Part shown: positions 33,428-43,744 of the stretch, piece by piece
Numbering within the stretch: the first letter of the stretch is position 1
Layout: every line of letters starts with the position of its first letter
Assembly: GCF_044324875.1 (NCBI RefSeq)
Contig: NZ_CP172185.1
Strand: one strand, 5' to 3'
DNA: 64,000 nt
Origin: Escherichia coli
GTDB lineage: Bacteria > Pseudomonadota > Gammaproteobacteria > Enterobacterales > Enterobacteriaceae
Notes under the pieces: model-generated
Told to the model about the DNA's origin: nothing
Database searches by the model: none
What the model saw: only the letters and a program-made list of their open reading frames with translations
Made by a program: the position numbers and the translations under genes

Positions 33428-33601
33428 ATGTCTCTCTATCAACACATGCTTGTTTTTTATGCGGTTATGGCAGTAATCGCATTTCTTATCACCTGGTTTC
33501 TTTCTCACGATAAGAAACGCATCCGTTTCTTAAGCGCCTTTCTGGTGGGGGCAACATGGCCGATGAGTTTCCCGGTGGCGCTGTTGTTTTCACTGTTTTA
33601 A
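33428..33601 (+). CDS. ortT: small membrane toxin OrtT/YdcX (57 aa)
   Basis: MSLYQHMLVFYAVMAVIAFL...; ORF track begins upstream at 33368. Confidence 0.8.
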   Translation: MSLYQHMLVFYAVMAVIAFLITWFLSHDKKRIRFLSAFLVGATWPMSFPVALLFSLF

Positions 33602-33686
33602 ATCTTACTCACTGGCTTGACGGCACCACGCAGACTTATATCATTTGGATGAATCGATAAATTTCACAAGTGGCTAAGGAGAAAGT

Positions 33687-33920
33687 ATGTCGCATCTGGA
33701 TGAAGTCATCGCGCGCGTGGATGCCGCGATTGAAGAGAGCGTCATTGCCCATATGAACGAATTATTAATCGCCCTGAGCGATGACGCGGAGTTAAGTCGG
33801 GAAGATCGCTATACCCAGCAGCAGCGTCTGCGCACAGCGATCGCCCATCACGGTCGCAAACATAAAGAAGATATGGAAGCGCGCCACGAACAGTTAACCA
33901 AAGGTGGCACCATCCTCTGA
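33687..33920 (+). CDS. ydcY: DUF2526 protein YdcY
   Basis: 77-aa ORF recognised as YdcY. Confidence 0.85.
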   Translation: MSHLDEVIARVDAAIEESVIAHMNELLIALSDDAELSREDRYTQQQRLRTAIAHHGRKHKEDMEARHEQLTKGGTIL

Positions 33921-34370
33921 TTAAAATGTGCGCCTGGCCACCAGCCAGGCACCAACCACAAGTAAAATTGCGCCACAAATTGGGCCGATCAACGCCCGTA
34001 GTGGTACGCCATGGCTGCGGAAGATATCCAGCACCAGACCGCCAATCAGCTGGCTGGCGACCAGTACCGCAATAGTTGTCGCCGCTCCCACATTCTGATA
34101 TCCGCTGATACTGGCGAAGACAAAAAACGATCCCAGCAAGCCAGGTATAAGTGTCCACCAGCGCACGTTGGACACCAGTTCGCCAAACCCCGCCATACCT
34201 TGTTTAAACCATAAAATAGAAACAAAGAGCACAATCCCCACCAGTGAGTTCAGCAACATGGCGATGAGAATGGTAGAGGAGGTCTGGGTGATGCGCACCA
34301 TCAGCGTGTTCTGGACTACCAGACCAATTCCGGCGGCAATCAAAAAAGCAAGGGTGAGCGACTGATTCAT
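33921..34370 (-). CDS. ydcZ: inner membrane protein YdcZ
   Basis: 149-aa polytopic membrane ORF. Confidence 0.85.
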   Translation of the reverse strand: MNQSLTLAFLIAAGIGLVVQNTLMVRITQTSSTILIAMLLNSLVGIVLFVSILWFKQGMAGFGELVSNVRWWTLIPGLLGSFFVFASISGYQNVGAATTIAVLVASQLIGGLVLDIFRSHGVPLRALIGPICGAILLVVGAWLVARRTF

Positions 34371-34885
34371 CCAATCGCGTCCGGTTCAGTGCGCTCGTCG
34401 AGTTGCAACTGCATAAATGTCAGATCCAGCCAACGACCAAATTTAGTGCCTACCTGCGGCATTTGTGCGGTGACGACAAATCCCAGCGTCTGGTGGAGAT
34501 GCAGCGAGGCCTGGTTTTGCGATTCGATCCCGGCGACCATGACATGCTTCCCGCAATCCCGCGCTTCATCAATCAATCGGCTTAACAATTTACGCCCCAG
34601 ACCTTTGCCCTGATGATCGGGATGGACATAAACCGAATGTTCCACGGTATGGCGAAAACCATCGAAACTACGCCAGTCGCCAAACGAGGCATATCCCGTC
34701 ACTACGCCATCTTCTTCGCTCACCAGCACCGGATAACCTGCTATGGTCCGCGCTTCAAACCAGGCAATGCGGTTATCAGCATCCACCGTTTGGTCATTCC
34801 AGATAGCCGCCGTATACAACACGGCGTGGTTATAAATTTCCGCAATGGCAGCACAGTCGGCTTTGCGGGCAAAACGGATGGACAT
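34367..34885 (-). CDS. mnaT: GNAT L-amino acid N-acyltransferase MnaT/YncA
   Basis: 172-aa GNAT ORF. Confidence 0.9.
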   Translation of the reverse strand: MSIRFARKADCAAIAEIYNHAVLYTAAIWNDQTVDADNRIAWFEARTIAGYPVLVSEEDGVVTGYASFGDWRSFDGFRHTVEHSVYVHPDHQGKGLGRKLLSRLIDEARDCGKHVMVAGIESQNQASLHLHQTLGFVVTAQMPQVGTKFGRWLDLTFMQLQLDERTEPDAIG

Positions 34886-35065
34886 GTTTGGCCTCGATTA
34901 AATAATGATGATGACGTTATCAATACTATCGAAAACAGCCCGAAGCAACGGATTCCTCGATGAAATTATTGCGTGTTGCAGAGGGGATGTGACGGCTGCA
35001 AACAAAACCATTCCTGCGAGCCTGCTACTATTGATGGATTCATGCCAAAAGCACAGGAGAGCATT

Positions 35066-36103
35066 ATGGGGCAACAAAAGCAGCGTAATCGACGTTGGGT
35101 TCTGGCCTCGCGTCCGCATGGCGCGCCGGTTCCGGAGAATTTCCGTCTTGAAGAAGATGATATCGCCACACCGGGTGAAGGACAGGTGTTACTGCGCACA
35201 GTTTATTTGTCACTGGACCCGTATATGCGTGGACGTATGAGCGATGAGCCATCTTATTCACCGCCGGTTGATATTGGCGGCGTGATGGTCGGCGGCACGG
35301 TGAGCCGTGTCGTGGAGTCGAATCATCCTGATTATCAGCCTGGCGACTGGGTGCTGGGCTACAGTGGATGGCAGGACTATGACATATCCAGTGGTGATGA
35401 TCTGGTGAAACTTGGCGATCATCCCCAAAATCCATCGTGGTCGCTGGGTGTGCTGGGGATGCCAGGCTTTACCGCTTATATGGGGCTGCTGGATATCGGT
35501 CAGCCCAAAGAGGGCGAAACATTGGTTGTTGCTGCGGCGACAGGTCCTGTGGGGGCGACGGTGGGTCAAATCGGCAAACTTAAAGGTTGCAGGGTGGTGG
35601 GGGTTGCCGGTGGCGCGGAAAAATGCCGCCATGCTACCGAGGTGTTAGGCTTCGATGTATGCCTTGATCACCACGCGGATGATTTTGCCGAACAACTGGC
35701 GAAAGCGTGCCCAAAAGGCGTTGATATCTATTATGAAAACGTTGGCGGTAAAGTATTTGATGCGGTGCTACCGTTACTTAATACATCTGCGCGCATTCCC
35801 GTCTGCGGCTTAGTGAGCAGCTATAACGCTACAGAGCTACCACCCGGCCCGGATCGATTACCTCTGTTGATGGCTACGGTGCTGAAAAAACGTATTCGCT
35901 TGCAAGGGTTTATTATCGCGCAGGATTATGGTCACCGCATCCATGAGTTTCAGAAGGAGATGGGGCAATGGGTGAAAGAGGATAAAATCCACTACCGCGA
36001 AGAAATTACTGACGGTTTAGAGAATGCGCCACAGACATTTATCGGCCTGCTGAAGGGTAAAAACTTCGGCAAAGTGGTGATCCGCGTGGCGGGTGATGAT
36101 TAA
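35066..36103 (+). CDS. curA: NADPH-dependent curcumin/dihydrocurcumin reductase
   Basis: 345-aa medium-chain reductase from MGQQKQRN; ORF track begins at 34973. Confidence 0.9.
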   Translation: MGQQKQRNRRWVLASRPHGAPVPENFRLEEDDIATPGEGQVLLRTVYLSLDPYMRGRMSDEPSYSPPVDIGGVMVGGTVSRVVESNHPDYQPGDWVLGYSGWQDYDISSGDDLVKLGDHPQNPSWSLGVLGMPGFTAYMGLLDIGQPKEGETLVVAAATGPVGATVGQIGKLKGCRVVGVAGGAEKCRHATEVLGFDVCLDHHADDFAEQLAKACPKGVDIYYENVGGKVFDAVLPLLNTSARIPVCGLVSSYNATELPPGPDRLPLLMATVLKKRIRLQGFIIAQDYGHRIHEFQKEMGQWVKEDKIHYREEITDGLENAPQTFIGLLKGKNFGKVVIRVAGDD

Positions 36104-36301
36104 AGATACGACGGCGGCGTAAAGCCGCCATAAAAATCTAGGCAAAAATCTTATTTCCAGCTTTAATTAACTTACCACTTCTCTGTTCTGTAGCTAATAA
36201 CAATAAAGGTGAGTGGATAATGATTATTCAGCTTCATACGCCAGGTAAACGACTTCTGTTGTGCTGGCAGAGTTGGAACGAAAACGCCTAAAGGAAATAA
36301 C

Positions 36302-36967
36302 ATGCCTGGAACGGAAAAAATACCGCATATCAGTTTAACTATGAAGGTTGAGAACGACCTGAAACATCAGCTTAGTATTGGCGCACTAAAACCTGGCGCA
36401 CGCCTGATTACTAAAAATCTGGCGGAGCAATTAGGTATGAGTATTACACCCGTGCGTGAAGCATTATTACGTCTGGTTTCGGTGAATGCGCTTTCTGTCG
36501 CACCTGCGCAAGCATTTACAGTTCCGGAAGTGGGGAAACGTCAATTAGACGAAATCAATCGGATCCGCTACGAACTGGAATTAATGGCAGTTGCTCTGGC
36601 TGTTGAAAACCTCACCCCGCAAGACCTGGCGGAACTCCAGGAATTGCTCGAGAAATTACAGCAGGCGCAAGAAAAGGGCGACATGGAACAAATCATTAAT
36701 GCGAACAGGCTATTTCGTTTAGCGGTTTATAATCGCTCAAATATGCCCATCCTGTGTGAAATGATTGAGCAACTGTGGGTCAGAATGGGACCTGGTTTAC
36801 ATTATCTCTATGAAGCGATTAATCCAGCGGAATTACGGGAGCGTATAGAAAACTATCATCTATTACTCGCCGCGTTAAAAGCAAAAGACAAAGAGGGATG
36901 CAGACATTGTCTTGCTGAAATTATGCATCAAAATATTTCTATTTTATATCAGCAATACAATCGTTAA
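36302..36967 (+). CDS. mcbR: GntR-family regulator McbR/YncC
   Basis: 221-aa ORF with GntR HTH and FCD domain. Confidence 0.9.
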   Translation: MPGTEKIPHISLTMKVENDLKHQLSIGALKPGARLITKNLAEQLGMSITPVREALLRLVSVNALSVAPAQAFTVPEVGKRQLDEINRIRYELELMAVALAVENLTPQDLAELQELLEKLQQAQEKGDMEQIINANRLFRLAVYNRSNMPILCEMIEQLWVRMGPGLHYLYEAINPAELRERIENYHLLLAALKAKDKEGCRHCLAEIMHQNISILYQQYNR

Positions 36968-36971
36968 ATAA

Positions 36972-36995
36972 AATGCCCGGCAAATACCGGGCATC
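36972..36995. terminator. bidirectional terminator between convergent mcbR and yncD
   Basis: hairpin gcccggcaaataccgggc. Confidence 0.6.
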
Positions 36996-37002
36996 AAGGT
37001 AA

Positions 37003-39105
37003 TTACTCAAATCGCCACGCAATATTCATGCCGACACCATAATTTCGCCCGGGTGCAGGTTCGTAATATCGCCCGTTTGACTCATTGACAATGACAGAAC
37101 CAACGTATTCTTTATCGAATAAATTATCGACACGACCAAATAAATCCACAGTTAAATTGTGGTAATTGTATTTATACCCGGTGAATAAGCCGACGAGAGT
37201 ATAAGACGGCGCTTTGGCCGTATTTTCATCATCTGCCATAATATCGCCCATGTAACGCGCTTCCGTACCTGCATACCAGCCATCTTCCGGTACATAACCT
37301 ATCGACGCAAAGCCCATATTACGGGCGATCCCTGGCATCCGGTTACCGTTACAATCCTGTTCATTGCACACATTGCTGCGATAGGTCGCATCGAGCCAGG
37401 TCCAGGACGCTTTTACACGAAAATCTCCCGCGAAACGTTGATCCCATGCCAGTTCAGCACCTTGACGACGGGTCTTTCCGGCATTTTTGTAAGTCGTACG
37501 CCCACCGCTACTGCTATCGACAACAATTTCATCATCGGTGTCGGTCTGGAACAATGCGAGACTAAGCAGCCCATCACCAATACGCGTTTTACTGCCGATT
37601 TCAATGGTATCGTTGGTGGATGGTTTTAAACCAAAGTTCATACCGCTTTGCCCATCAGCGCGATAAGAGAGCTCATTAATCGTCGGCGTTTCAAAACCAC
37701 GCCCGGCTGCCAGATAGATATTCCAGGCATCGGTCATTGCATATTTTAACGAACCGGCAGGTAGCCATATGTGATAACTGGCATCACCGCTGTCATCACC
37801 GTTACCCGGAGTAACGTAATGGTCGTTGGAATCAAACCACACGGAGCTGTAGCGCACGCCAGCATCCAGCGACAGTTTTTCGCTCAGCTGCCACTGCGTC
37901 TGTAAATAGGGATCGACGTTCCACATCAGATTGCGTTCGTCGCGGCGCAACTCACCTTTTTGCCCGTATTCCGGCATGCCGCTATTCAGGCGGAAGTTAT
38001 TGTAGCCCTTGCGGTTTTCACTCATGTTTTCGTAGTTCAGGCCGGTAGTGAACGTGAGCGGAACGCCCAGTTCACCACGGTGTGTCCAGCGGCTGTCTAT
38101 CCCCTGGTAATGGCGTTGCAGAGTAATCACGCCGCCCGCATGTGACGGATTAAGTTGGGGAGCCATCGGGATTGACTGGTACTGGGTCGTTTCTCGCTCC
38201 CCGGCATACATCATCACACTCATCTCATCCCGCGAACTCAGGCTACGCTCATAGCGCAGCCCAGCCTGAGTTTGCTTGATGGTTTTTCGCGTGTAGTACT
38301 GTTCAGCGCGTGGCGCTTGTTGCGGATTCGCCTTCCATTCTGCTTCGGTTAGCCCACCTGGGTCATCTGCTTTGATATCCACACTATTGAAAATCAGGCT
38401 TAATTTGCTGGCGTCATCAATGCGTACGCCCAGTTTGGCATTGGCTAAATTTTTCTGTGCGCCACTATGATCACGATAGCCGTGGGTCGTAAAGCGCGTG
38501 GTTGAGACGGTGTAATCGACATCGCCAGGCTGTGTGCCGTCGCCCGTTGCGCCCGTTGCTTTCAGCCCATAGCGCCAGCTGCCAAAACTGCCGTAGTAAC
38601 TACTGGCTTCAATGGTTGGTGGCTGTTGTCCGGTCTGGGTGATGACATTCATTACACCGCCAGACGCGTTGCCATACAGAGCAGAGAAGGGGCCGCGCAG
38701 CACTTCCACATTTTGTACACTGCTTAAATCGATGTTGGATGTTTGCCCTTGTCCGTCGGGCATGGTGGCGGGAATACCGTCCACATACAGGCGAATACCG
38801 CGAATTCCGTAAGTGGAGCGGGAGCCAAATCCGCGAATCGACAGCTGTAAATCTTGCGCATAGTTCTGCCGGTTTTGTACCTGCAAACCAGGCACGCTGG
38901 TCAGTGATTCGGACAAGTTAATGCGCGGTGTTGCCAGGCGCATCTCCTCGCCATCCACCACGCTTACTGCTGCTGGGGTATCCAGTTCTGAAACCACCTG
39001 CGGTGCGGCACTGACAATCATAGTCTGTTCATCAGCGGCAAAAACAACGGGGGAAAGGACAAGCAGTGCGGGCAAAACGGTCTGTCGGACGGAAAAAATC
39101 TTCAT
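37003..39105 (-). CDS. yncD: TonB-dependent outer membrane receptor YncD
   Basis: 700-aa ORF with signal peptide, plug and beta-barrel, C-terminal aromatic residue. Confidence 0.9.
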   Translation of the reverse strand: MKIFSVRQTVLPALLVLSPVVFAADEQTMIVSAAPQVVSELDTPAAVSVVDGEEMRLATPRINLSESLTSVPGLQVQNRQNYAQDLQLSIRGFGSRSTYGIRGIRLYVDGIPATMPDGQGQTSNIDLSSVQNVEVLRGPFSALYGNASGGVMNVITQTGQQPPTIEASSYYGSFGSWRYGLKATGATGDGTQPGDVDYTVSTTRFTTHGYRDHSGAQKNLANAKLGVRIDDASKLSLIFNSVDIKADDPGGLTEAEWKANPQQAPRAEQYYTRKTIKQTQAGLRYERSLSSRDEMSVMMYAGERETTQYQSIPMAPQLNPSHAGGVITLQRHYQGIDSRWTHRGELGVPLTFTTGLNYENMSENRKGYNNFRLNSGMPEYGQKGELRRDERNLMWNVDPYLQTQWQLSEKLSLDAGVRYSSVWFDSNDHYVTPGNGDDSGDASYHIWLPAGSLKYAMTDAWNIYLAAGRGFETPTINELSYRADGQSGMNFGLKPSTNDTIEIGSKTRIGDGLLSLALFQTDTDDEIVVDSSSGGRTTYKNAGKTRRQGAELAWDQRFAGDFRVKASWTWLDATYRSNVCNEQDCNGNRMPGIARNMGFASIGYVPEDGWYAGTEARYMGDIMADDENTAKAPSYTLVGLFTGYKYNYHNLTVDLFGRVDNLFDKEYVGSVIVNESNGRYYEPAPGRNYGVGMNIAWRFE

Positions 39106-39346
39106 GAAAAAAGCCAGGTTAAGAATGGGAAAGCGCCGCTATGGTAATAAAATTGTAAATTTATGGAAAACGAAACGGCACGATACGTTAAGTAATTGAG
39201 AAAATTGTAGTCGTAACGGCAAGAAATGCTCCACATTTGAGAAAATAATGATTACCATTCCCATTTATAACAAGAGCGTAACGATGATTACGCTTAGCGA
39301 AGCATTGTGAAGCAGCAAAAATATCGGTTCATCAAAGGGAGTCGTC

Positions 39347-40408
39347 ATGCATTTACGTCATCTGTTTTCATCGCGCCTGCGTGGTTCATTACTGTTAGGT
39401 TCATTGCTTGTTGCTTCATCATTCAGTACGCAGGCCGCAGAAGAAATGCTGCGTAAAGCGGTAGGTAAAGGTGCCTACGAAATGGCTTATAGCCAGCAAG
39501 AAAACGCGCTGTGGCTCGCCACTTCGCAAAGCCGCAAACTGGATAAAGGCGGCGTGGTTTATCGTCTTGATCCGGTCACTCTGGAAGTGACGCAGGCGAT
39601 CCATAACGATCTCAAGCCGTTTGGTGCCACCATCAATAACACGACTCAGACGTTGTGGTTTGGTAACACTGTAAACAGCGCGGTCACGGCGATAGATGCC
39701 AAAACGGGCGAAGTGAAAGGCCGTCTGGTGCTGGATGATCGTAAGCGCACGGAAGAGGTGCGTCCGCTGCAACCGCGTGAGCTGGTGGCAGACGATGCCA
39801 CGAACACCGTTTACATCAGTGGTATTGGTAAAGAGAGCGTGATTTGGGTCGTTGATGGCGAGAATATCAAACTGAAAACCGCCATCCAGAACACCGGTAA
39901 AATGAGTACCGGTTTAGCGCTGGATAGCAAAGGCAAACGTCTTTACACCACTAACGCTGACGGTGAATTGATTACCATCGACACCGCCGACAATAAAATC
40001 CTCAGCCGTAAAAAGCTGCTGGATGACGGCAAAGAGCACTTCTTTATCAACATCAGCCTTGATACCGCCAGGCAGCGTGCATTTATCACCGACTCTAAAG
40101 CGGCAGAAGTGTTAGTGGTCGATACCCGTAATGGCAATATTCTGGCGAAGGTTGCGGCACCGGAATCACTGGCTGTGCTGTTTAACCCCGCGCGTAATGA
40201 AGCCTACGTAACGCATCGTCAGGCAGGTAAAGTCAGTGTGATTGACGCGAAAAGCTATAAAGTGGTGAAAACGTTCGATACGCCGACTCATCCGAACAGC
40301 CTGGCGCTGTCTGCCGATGGTAAAACGCTGTATGTCAGTGTGAAACAAAAATCCACTAAACAGCAGGAAGCTACCCAGCCGGATGATGTGATTCGTATTG
40401 CGCTGTAA
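39347..40408 (+). CDS. yncE: secreted beta-propeller protein YncE
   Basis: 353-aa ORF with signal peptide. Confidence 0.9.
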   Translation: MHLRHLFSSRLRGSLLLGSLLVASSFSTQAAEEMLRKAVGKGAYEMAYSQQENALWLATSQSRKLDKGGVVYRLDPVTLEVTQAIHNDLKPFGATINNTTQTLWFGNTVNSAVTAIDAKTGEVKGRLVLDDRKRTEEVRPLQPRELVADDATNTVYISGIGKESVIWVVDGENIKLKTAIQNTGKMSTGLALDSKGKRLYTTNADGELITIDTADNKILSRKKLLDDGKEHFFINISLDTARQRAFITDSKAAEVLVVDTRNGNILAKVAAPESLAVLFNPARNEAYVTHRQAGKVSVIDAKSYKVVKTFDTPTHPNSLALSADGKTLYVSVKQKSTKQQEATQPDDVIRIAL

Positions 40409-40491
40409 TAGATATGGCGAGGGTGAAAACGGAGAGACTTGCCTGACTTTTATCACGCCGTATCCGGCACCTTCGTCAGTAATTTGAATTT

Positions 40492-40510
40492 GCCCGGCAC
40501 GTAGCCGGGC
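40492..40510. terminator. stem-loop between convergent yncE and ansP
   Basis: hairpin gcccggcacgtagccgggc. Confidence 0.5.
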
Positions 40511-40520
40511 AATTTTGCAA

Positions 40521-42020
40521 TTAACTCGCCGTTTCAGGTTTAAACACAATTTCCTGTTGTTCTTCATCTTCCTCGACGACTGGCGCAGTGCTGTGAATTT
40601 CAGCAACGCGTTTGCGCACACCAAACCAGCCTATAACCAGCAGAATACCGATAATCGGCAGCGCCGCGATGGTATAAGTCCCGTTCGGGTAATCGAACGC
40701 CATCAGCACCAGGACGCTCAGCAAAAACAGTAATGTCAGCCAGGAAGTGAAGGGCGCGCCAGGCAGTTTAAAACTGACATCCGCTGCTTTGCCTTCTTTA
40801 ATCGCTTTACGCAGGCGCATCTGGCACACGATGATAAACGCCCATGAAGCGATGATTCCCAGCGACGCGAAGTTCAACACAATCTCAAATACGCGCGACG
40901 GCACCAGATAGTTGAGGAATACGCCGACGACATACACAACCAGTGTCGCCAGAATCCCGGCATACGGCACATGCTGACGACTCATTTTCGCCATAAAACT
41001 CGGTGCGGAACCGCCCATCGCCATCGAGCGCAGAATACGTCCGGTGCAGTACAGACCTGAGTTCAGGCTGGAGAGGGCAGCGGTCAGCACCACAATGTTC
41101 ATAATGCTGCCGATGTACGGCACACCCAGTTTAGAGAAAAACGTCACGAACGGACTTTGCCCCGCCTGATACGCGCTCCACGGCAATAACATAACCAGCA
41201 ACACCACGGAGCCGACGTAAAACAGGCCAATACGCCAAATCACACTGTTAATCGCTTTAGGCACCATGGTCTGCGGATCTTTACATTCTCCGGCAGCTGT
41301 ACCCACCATTTCAATGGAGGCAAAAGCAAACACTACGCCCTGAATCAACACCAGCGCAGGCAGCAAACCGTGGGGGAAGAAGCCGCCGTTATCGGTAATT
41401 AAATGAAAGCCAGTGGTGTTGCCATCCAGCGGCTGGCCGCTACCGAGGAACACTGTACCCACGACCAAAAAGGTCACAATGGCGAGCACTTTAATAAGCG
41501 CAAACCAGAACTCCATCTCCGCAAACCATTTCACACCGATCATATTCATGGTGCCAACGATGGTCAGCGCAGCGAGCGCAAAGACCCACTGCGGCACGCC
41601 GCCAAACGCACCCCAGTAATGCATATACAGAGCGACGGCGGTGATATCGACAATTCCCGTCATCGCCCAGTTGATGAAGTACATCCAGCCTGCAACGTAA
41701 GCGGCTTTCTCTCCTAAAAACTCACGGGCATAAGAGACAAAACTGCCACTGGAAGGGCGGTGTAACACCAGCTCACCCAATGCACGCAGAATAAAAAATG
41801 AAAACAGGCCGCAGATTAAATAGACCAGTGCCAGTGCTGGCCCCGCCATTTGCAGTCGGGCTCCTGCACCTAAAAACAAGCCGGTGCCAATCGCGCCGCC
41901 AATGGCGATCATCTGCACCTGGCGATTGCCCATCGCTTTGTGATACCCCTCTTCGTGGGCATTAAGCCAGCGGCGTTTCGCGGCGTGTTGATCTGAAGTG
42001 TCGGTGTCGTGTTTACTCAT
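40521..42020 (-). CDS. ansP: L-asparagine permease
   Basis: 499-aa APC-family transporter from MSKHDTD; ORF track extends to 42071. Confidence 0.9.
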   Translation of the reverse strand: MSKHDTDTSDQHAAKRRWLNAHEEGYHKAMGNRQVQMIAIGGAIGTGLFLGAGARLQMAGPALALVYLICGLFSFFILRALGELVLHRPSSGSFVSYAREFLGEKAAYVAGWMYFINWAMTGIVDITAVALYMHYWGAFGGVPQWVFALAALTIVGTMNMIGVKWFAEMEFWFALIKVLAIVTFLVVGTVFLGSGQPLDGNTTGFHLITDNGGFFPHGLLPALVLIQGVVFAFASIEMVGTAAGECKDPQTMVPKAINSVIWRIGLFYVGSVVLLVMLLPWSAYQAGQSPFVTFFSKLGVPYIGSIMNIVVLTAALSSLNSGLYCTGRILRSMAMGGSAPSFMAKMSRQHVPYAGILATLVVYVVGVFLNYLVPSRVFEIVLNFASLGIIASWAFIIVCQMRLRKAIKEGKAADVSFKLPGAPFTSWLTLLFLLSVLVLMAFDYPNGTYTIAALPIIGILLVIGWFGVRKRVAEIHSTAPVVEEDEEQQEIVFKPETAS

Positions 42021-42284
42021 TGCTCTCCCTGATTGCTTTAATGAAAAAGTCATATAAGTTGCCATGAACAATGTTTATTCATCCTGGCGATGATAGTTAT
42101 CACCATTATTCTTTATGGGTATAAAACTATCGGCGCAGCATCCTACCCGTTATCGATAAACGATGCAAAACATCCCCTTACAATCCTGAAGGGAATTTAT
42201 ACAACTGACAAAAAATGACCATCCTTTTGCAGGTTAACCTGTGTGCTGTCCTACACTTAATCTTTAAAGGATTGTGAGGGGCAT

Positions 42285-42902
42285 ATGATTAAGTTGTATG
42301 GCGTACCCGGATGGGGCTCTACAATCAGTGAGCTGATGCTAACACTGGCTGATATCCCTTATCAGTTCGTTGGTGTCAGTGGTTTTGACCACGAGGGAAC
42401 TTCACGCGAGTTATTGAAAACCCTGAACCCGTTGTGTCAGGTTCCGACACTGGCGCTGGAAAATGACGAGATTATGACGGAGACAGCGGCGATTGCATTG
42501 ATGGTTCTCGATCGTCGCCCGGACCTTGCGCCACCGGTTGGGCGCGCCGAACGTCAGCAGTTTCAACGGCTATTGGTCTGGCTGGTTGCTAATGTCTATC
42601 CAGCGTTTACTTTCGCCGATTACCCTGAGCGTTGGGCATCTGACGCACCTGAACAGTTAAAGAAGAATGTAATTGAATATCGCAAATCGCTTTATATCTG
42701 GCTGAATTCACAATTGACCGCTGAACCTTATGCCTTTGGTGAGCAACTAACGCTGGTGGACTGTTATCTCTGCACCATGCGCACATGGGGGCCGGGGCAT
42801 GAATGGTTTCAGGATAATGCCACGAATATCAGTGCGATTGCTGATGCTGTATGCCAGATACCAAAGTTACAAGAAGTACTAAAAAAGAATGCCATTATTT
42901 AG
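42285..42902 (+). CDS. yncG: glutathione S-transferase homologue YncG
   Basis: 205-aa GST-fold ORF. Confidence 0.9.
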   Translation: MIKLYGVPGWGSTISELMLTLADIPYQFVGVSGFDHEGTSRELLKTLNPLCQVPTLALENDEIMTETAAIALMVLDRRPDLAPPVGRAERQQFQRLLVWLVANVYPAFTFADYPERWASDAPEQLKKNVIEYRKSLYIWLNSQLTAEPYAFGEQLTLVDCYLCTMRTWGPGHEWFQDNATNISAIADAVCQIPKLQEVLKKNAII

Positions 42903-43441
42903 CAATAATGCCGGAGATTAATGTTAATAAATCACCGGCAAAGTTAACTGGACGTCCATTTGTTTGCTATGAATGGTAATTGAAGATAGTACAACTATTT
43001 ATATGATTGATGAAATTTCGTTTTTTATATTAAATATCAATTTGATTTAATCTGAAAATAAAACATCTTTTCGCATATAGAGAAACATGTCGATATGATA
43101 GTGCAGTGCAGATCATGTCATCAGGGTAGGGCGGTAGCGTATTTAATCAGGGAAAGATTACGCAATGCTGCTTTTTTGTATTGAACGATTCGCATTTTAT
43201 GTTTAAAAATTGCGATATTCCTTATTTCCTGAAGCTGTTTTTATTGCTTATACATGATCAAATACTCCTTACATAATTAAGGGGAACAAAATGGAACTTA
43301 ATACACGCCAACAATTTGTATTACTTAAATAGACCAGTGAAGGTACGTATCAGAATATCCGGTGAAGTGATTAATATTTCGTTGAATATTTCTCCGGATT
43401 TTTGAAACCTGCTGCTGTAGAAATTCTGAACAGGAGGAATT

Positions 43442-43726
43442 ATGCCCTTAGCCGCCAAACTTACCGACAAAGGCACCCAGCACGACGGTTATTACGAGAC
43501 CGTCATCATCGCCGGGTCATCCACCGTTTTTATCGATGGTCTCCCCGCAGCCCGCCAGGGAGATCCGCTGACGCCGCATGCTAAACCGAAGCATCCCCCT
43601 CATCCCCGTAAAATCGCCAGAGGTTCTTCAACCGTCTTTATTGACGGTCTGCCCGCCGCCAGAAGCGGTGATGCTGTTGACTGCGGCGGCGTGGTTATCG
43701 GTGGCGGTACGGTAAATATAGGCTGA
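43442..43726 (+). CDS. PAAR-domain protein (type VI secretion spike tip)
   Basis: 94-aa ORF with two literal PAAR motifs in a duplicated segment (SSTVFIDGLPAARQGD / SSTVFIDGLPAARSGD); strong RBS aggagg. Confidence 0.8.
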   Translation: MPLAAKLTDKGTQHDGYYETVIIAGSSTVFIDGLPAARQGDPLTPHAKPKHPPHPRKIARGSSTVFIDGLPAARSGDAVDCGGVVIGGGTVNIG

Positions 43727-43744
43727 TATGTCTGAGAGGTATTT

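Noticed and set aside
34973-35065. N-terminal extension of curA, and similar upstream extensions at cybB, tehA, ydcI, ansP, ydcO and istA in the ORF track
   Set aside because: The extensions lack an RBS, or overlap neighbouring genes, or exceed the known protein length; internal starts were preferred.
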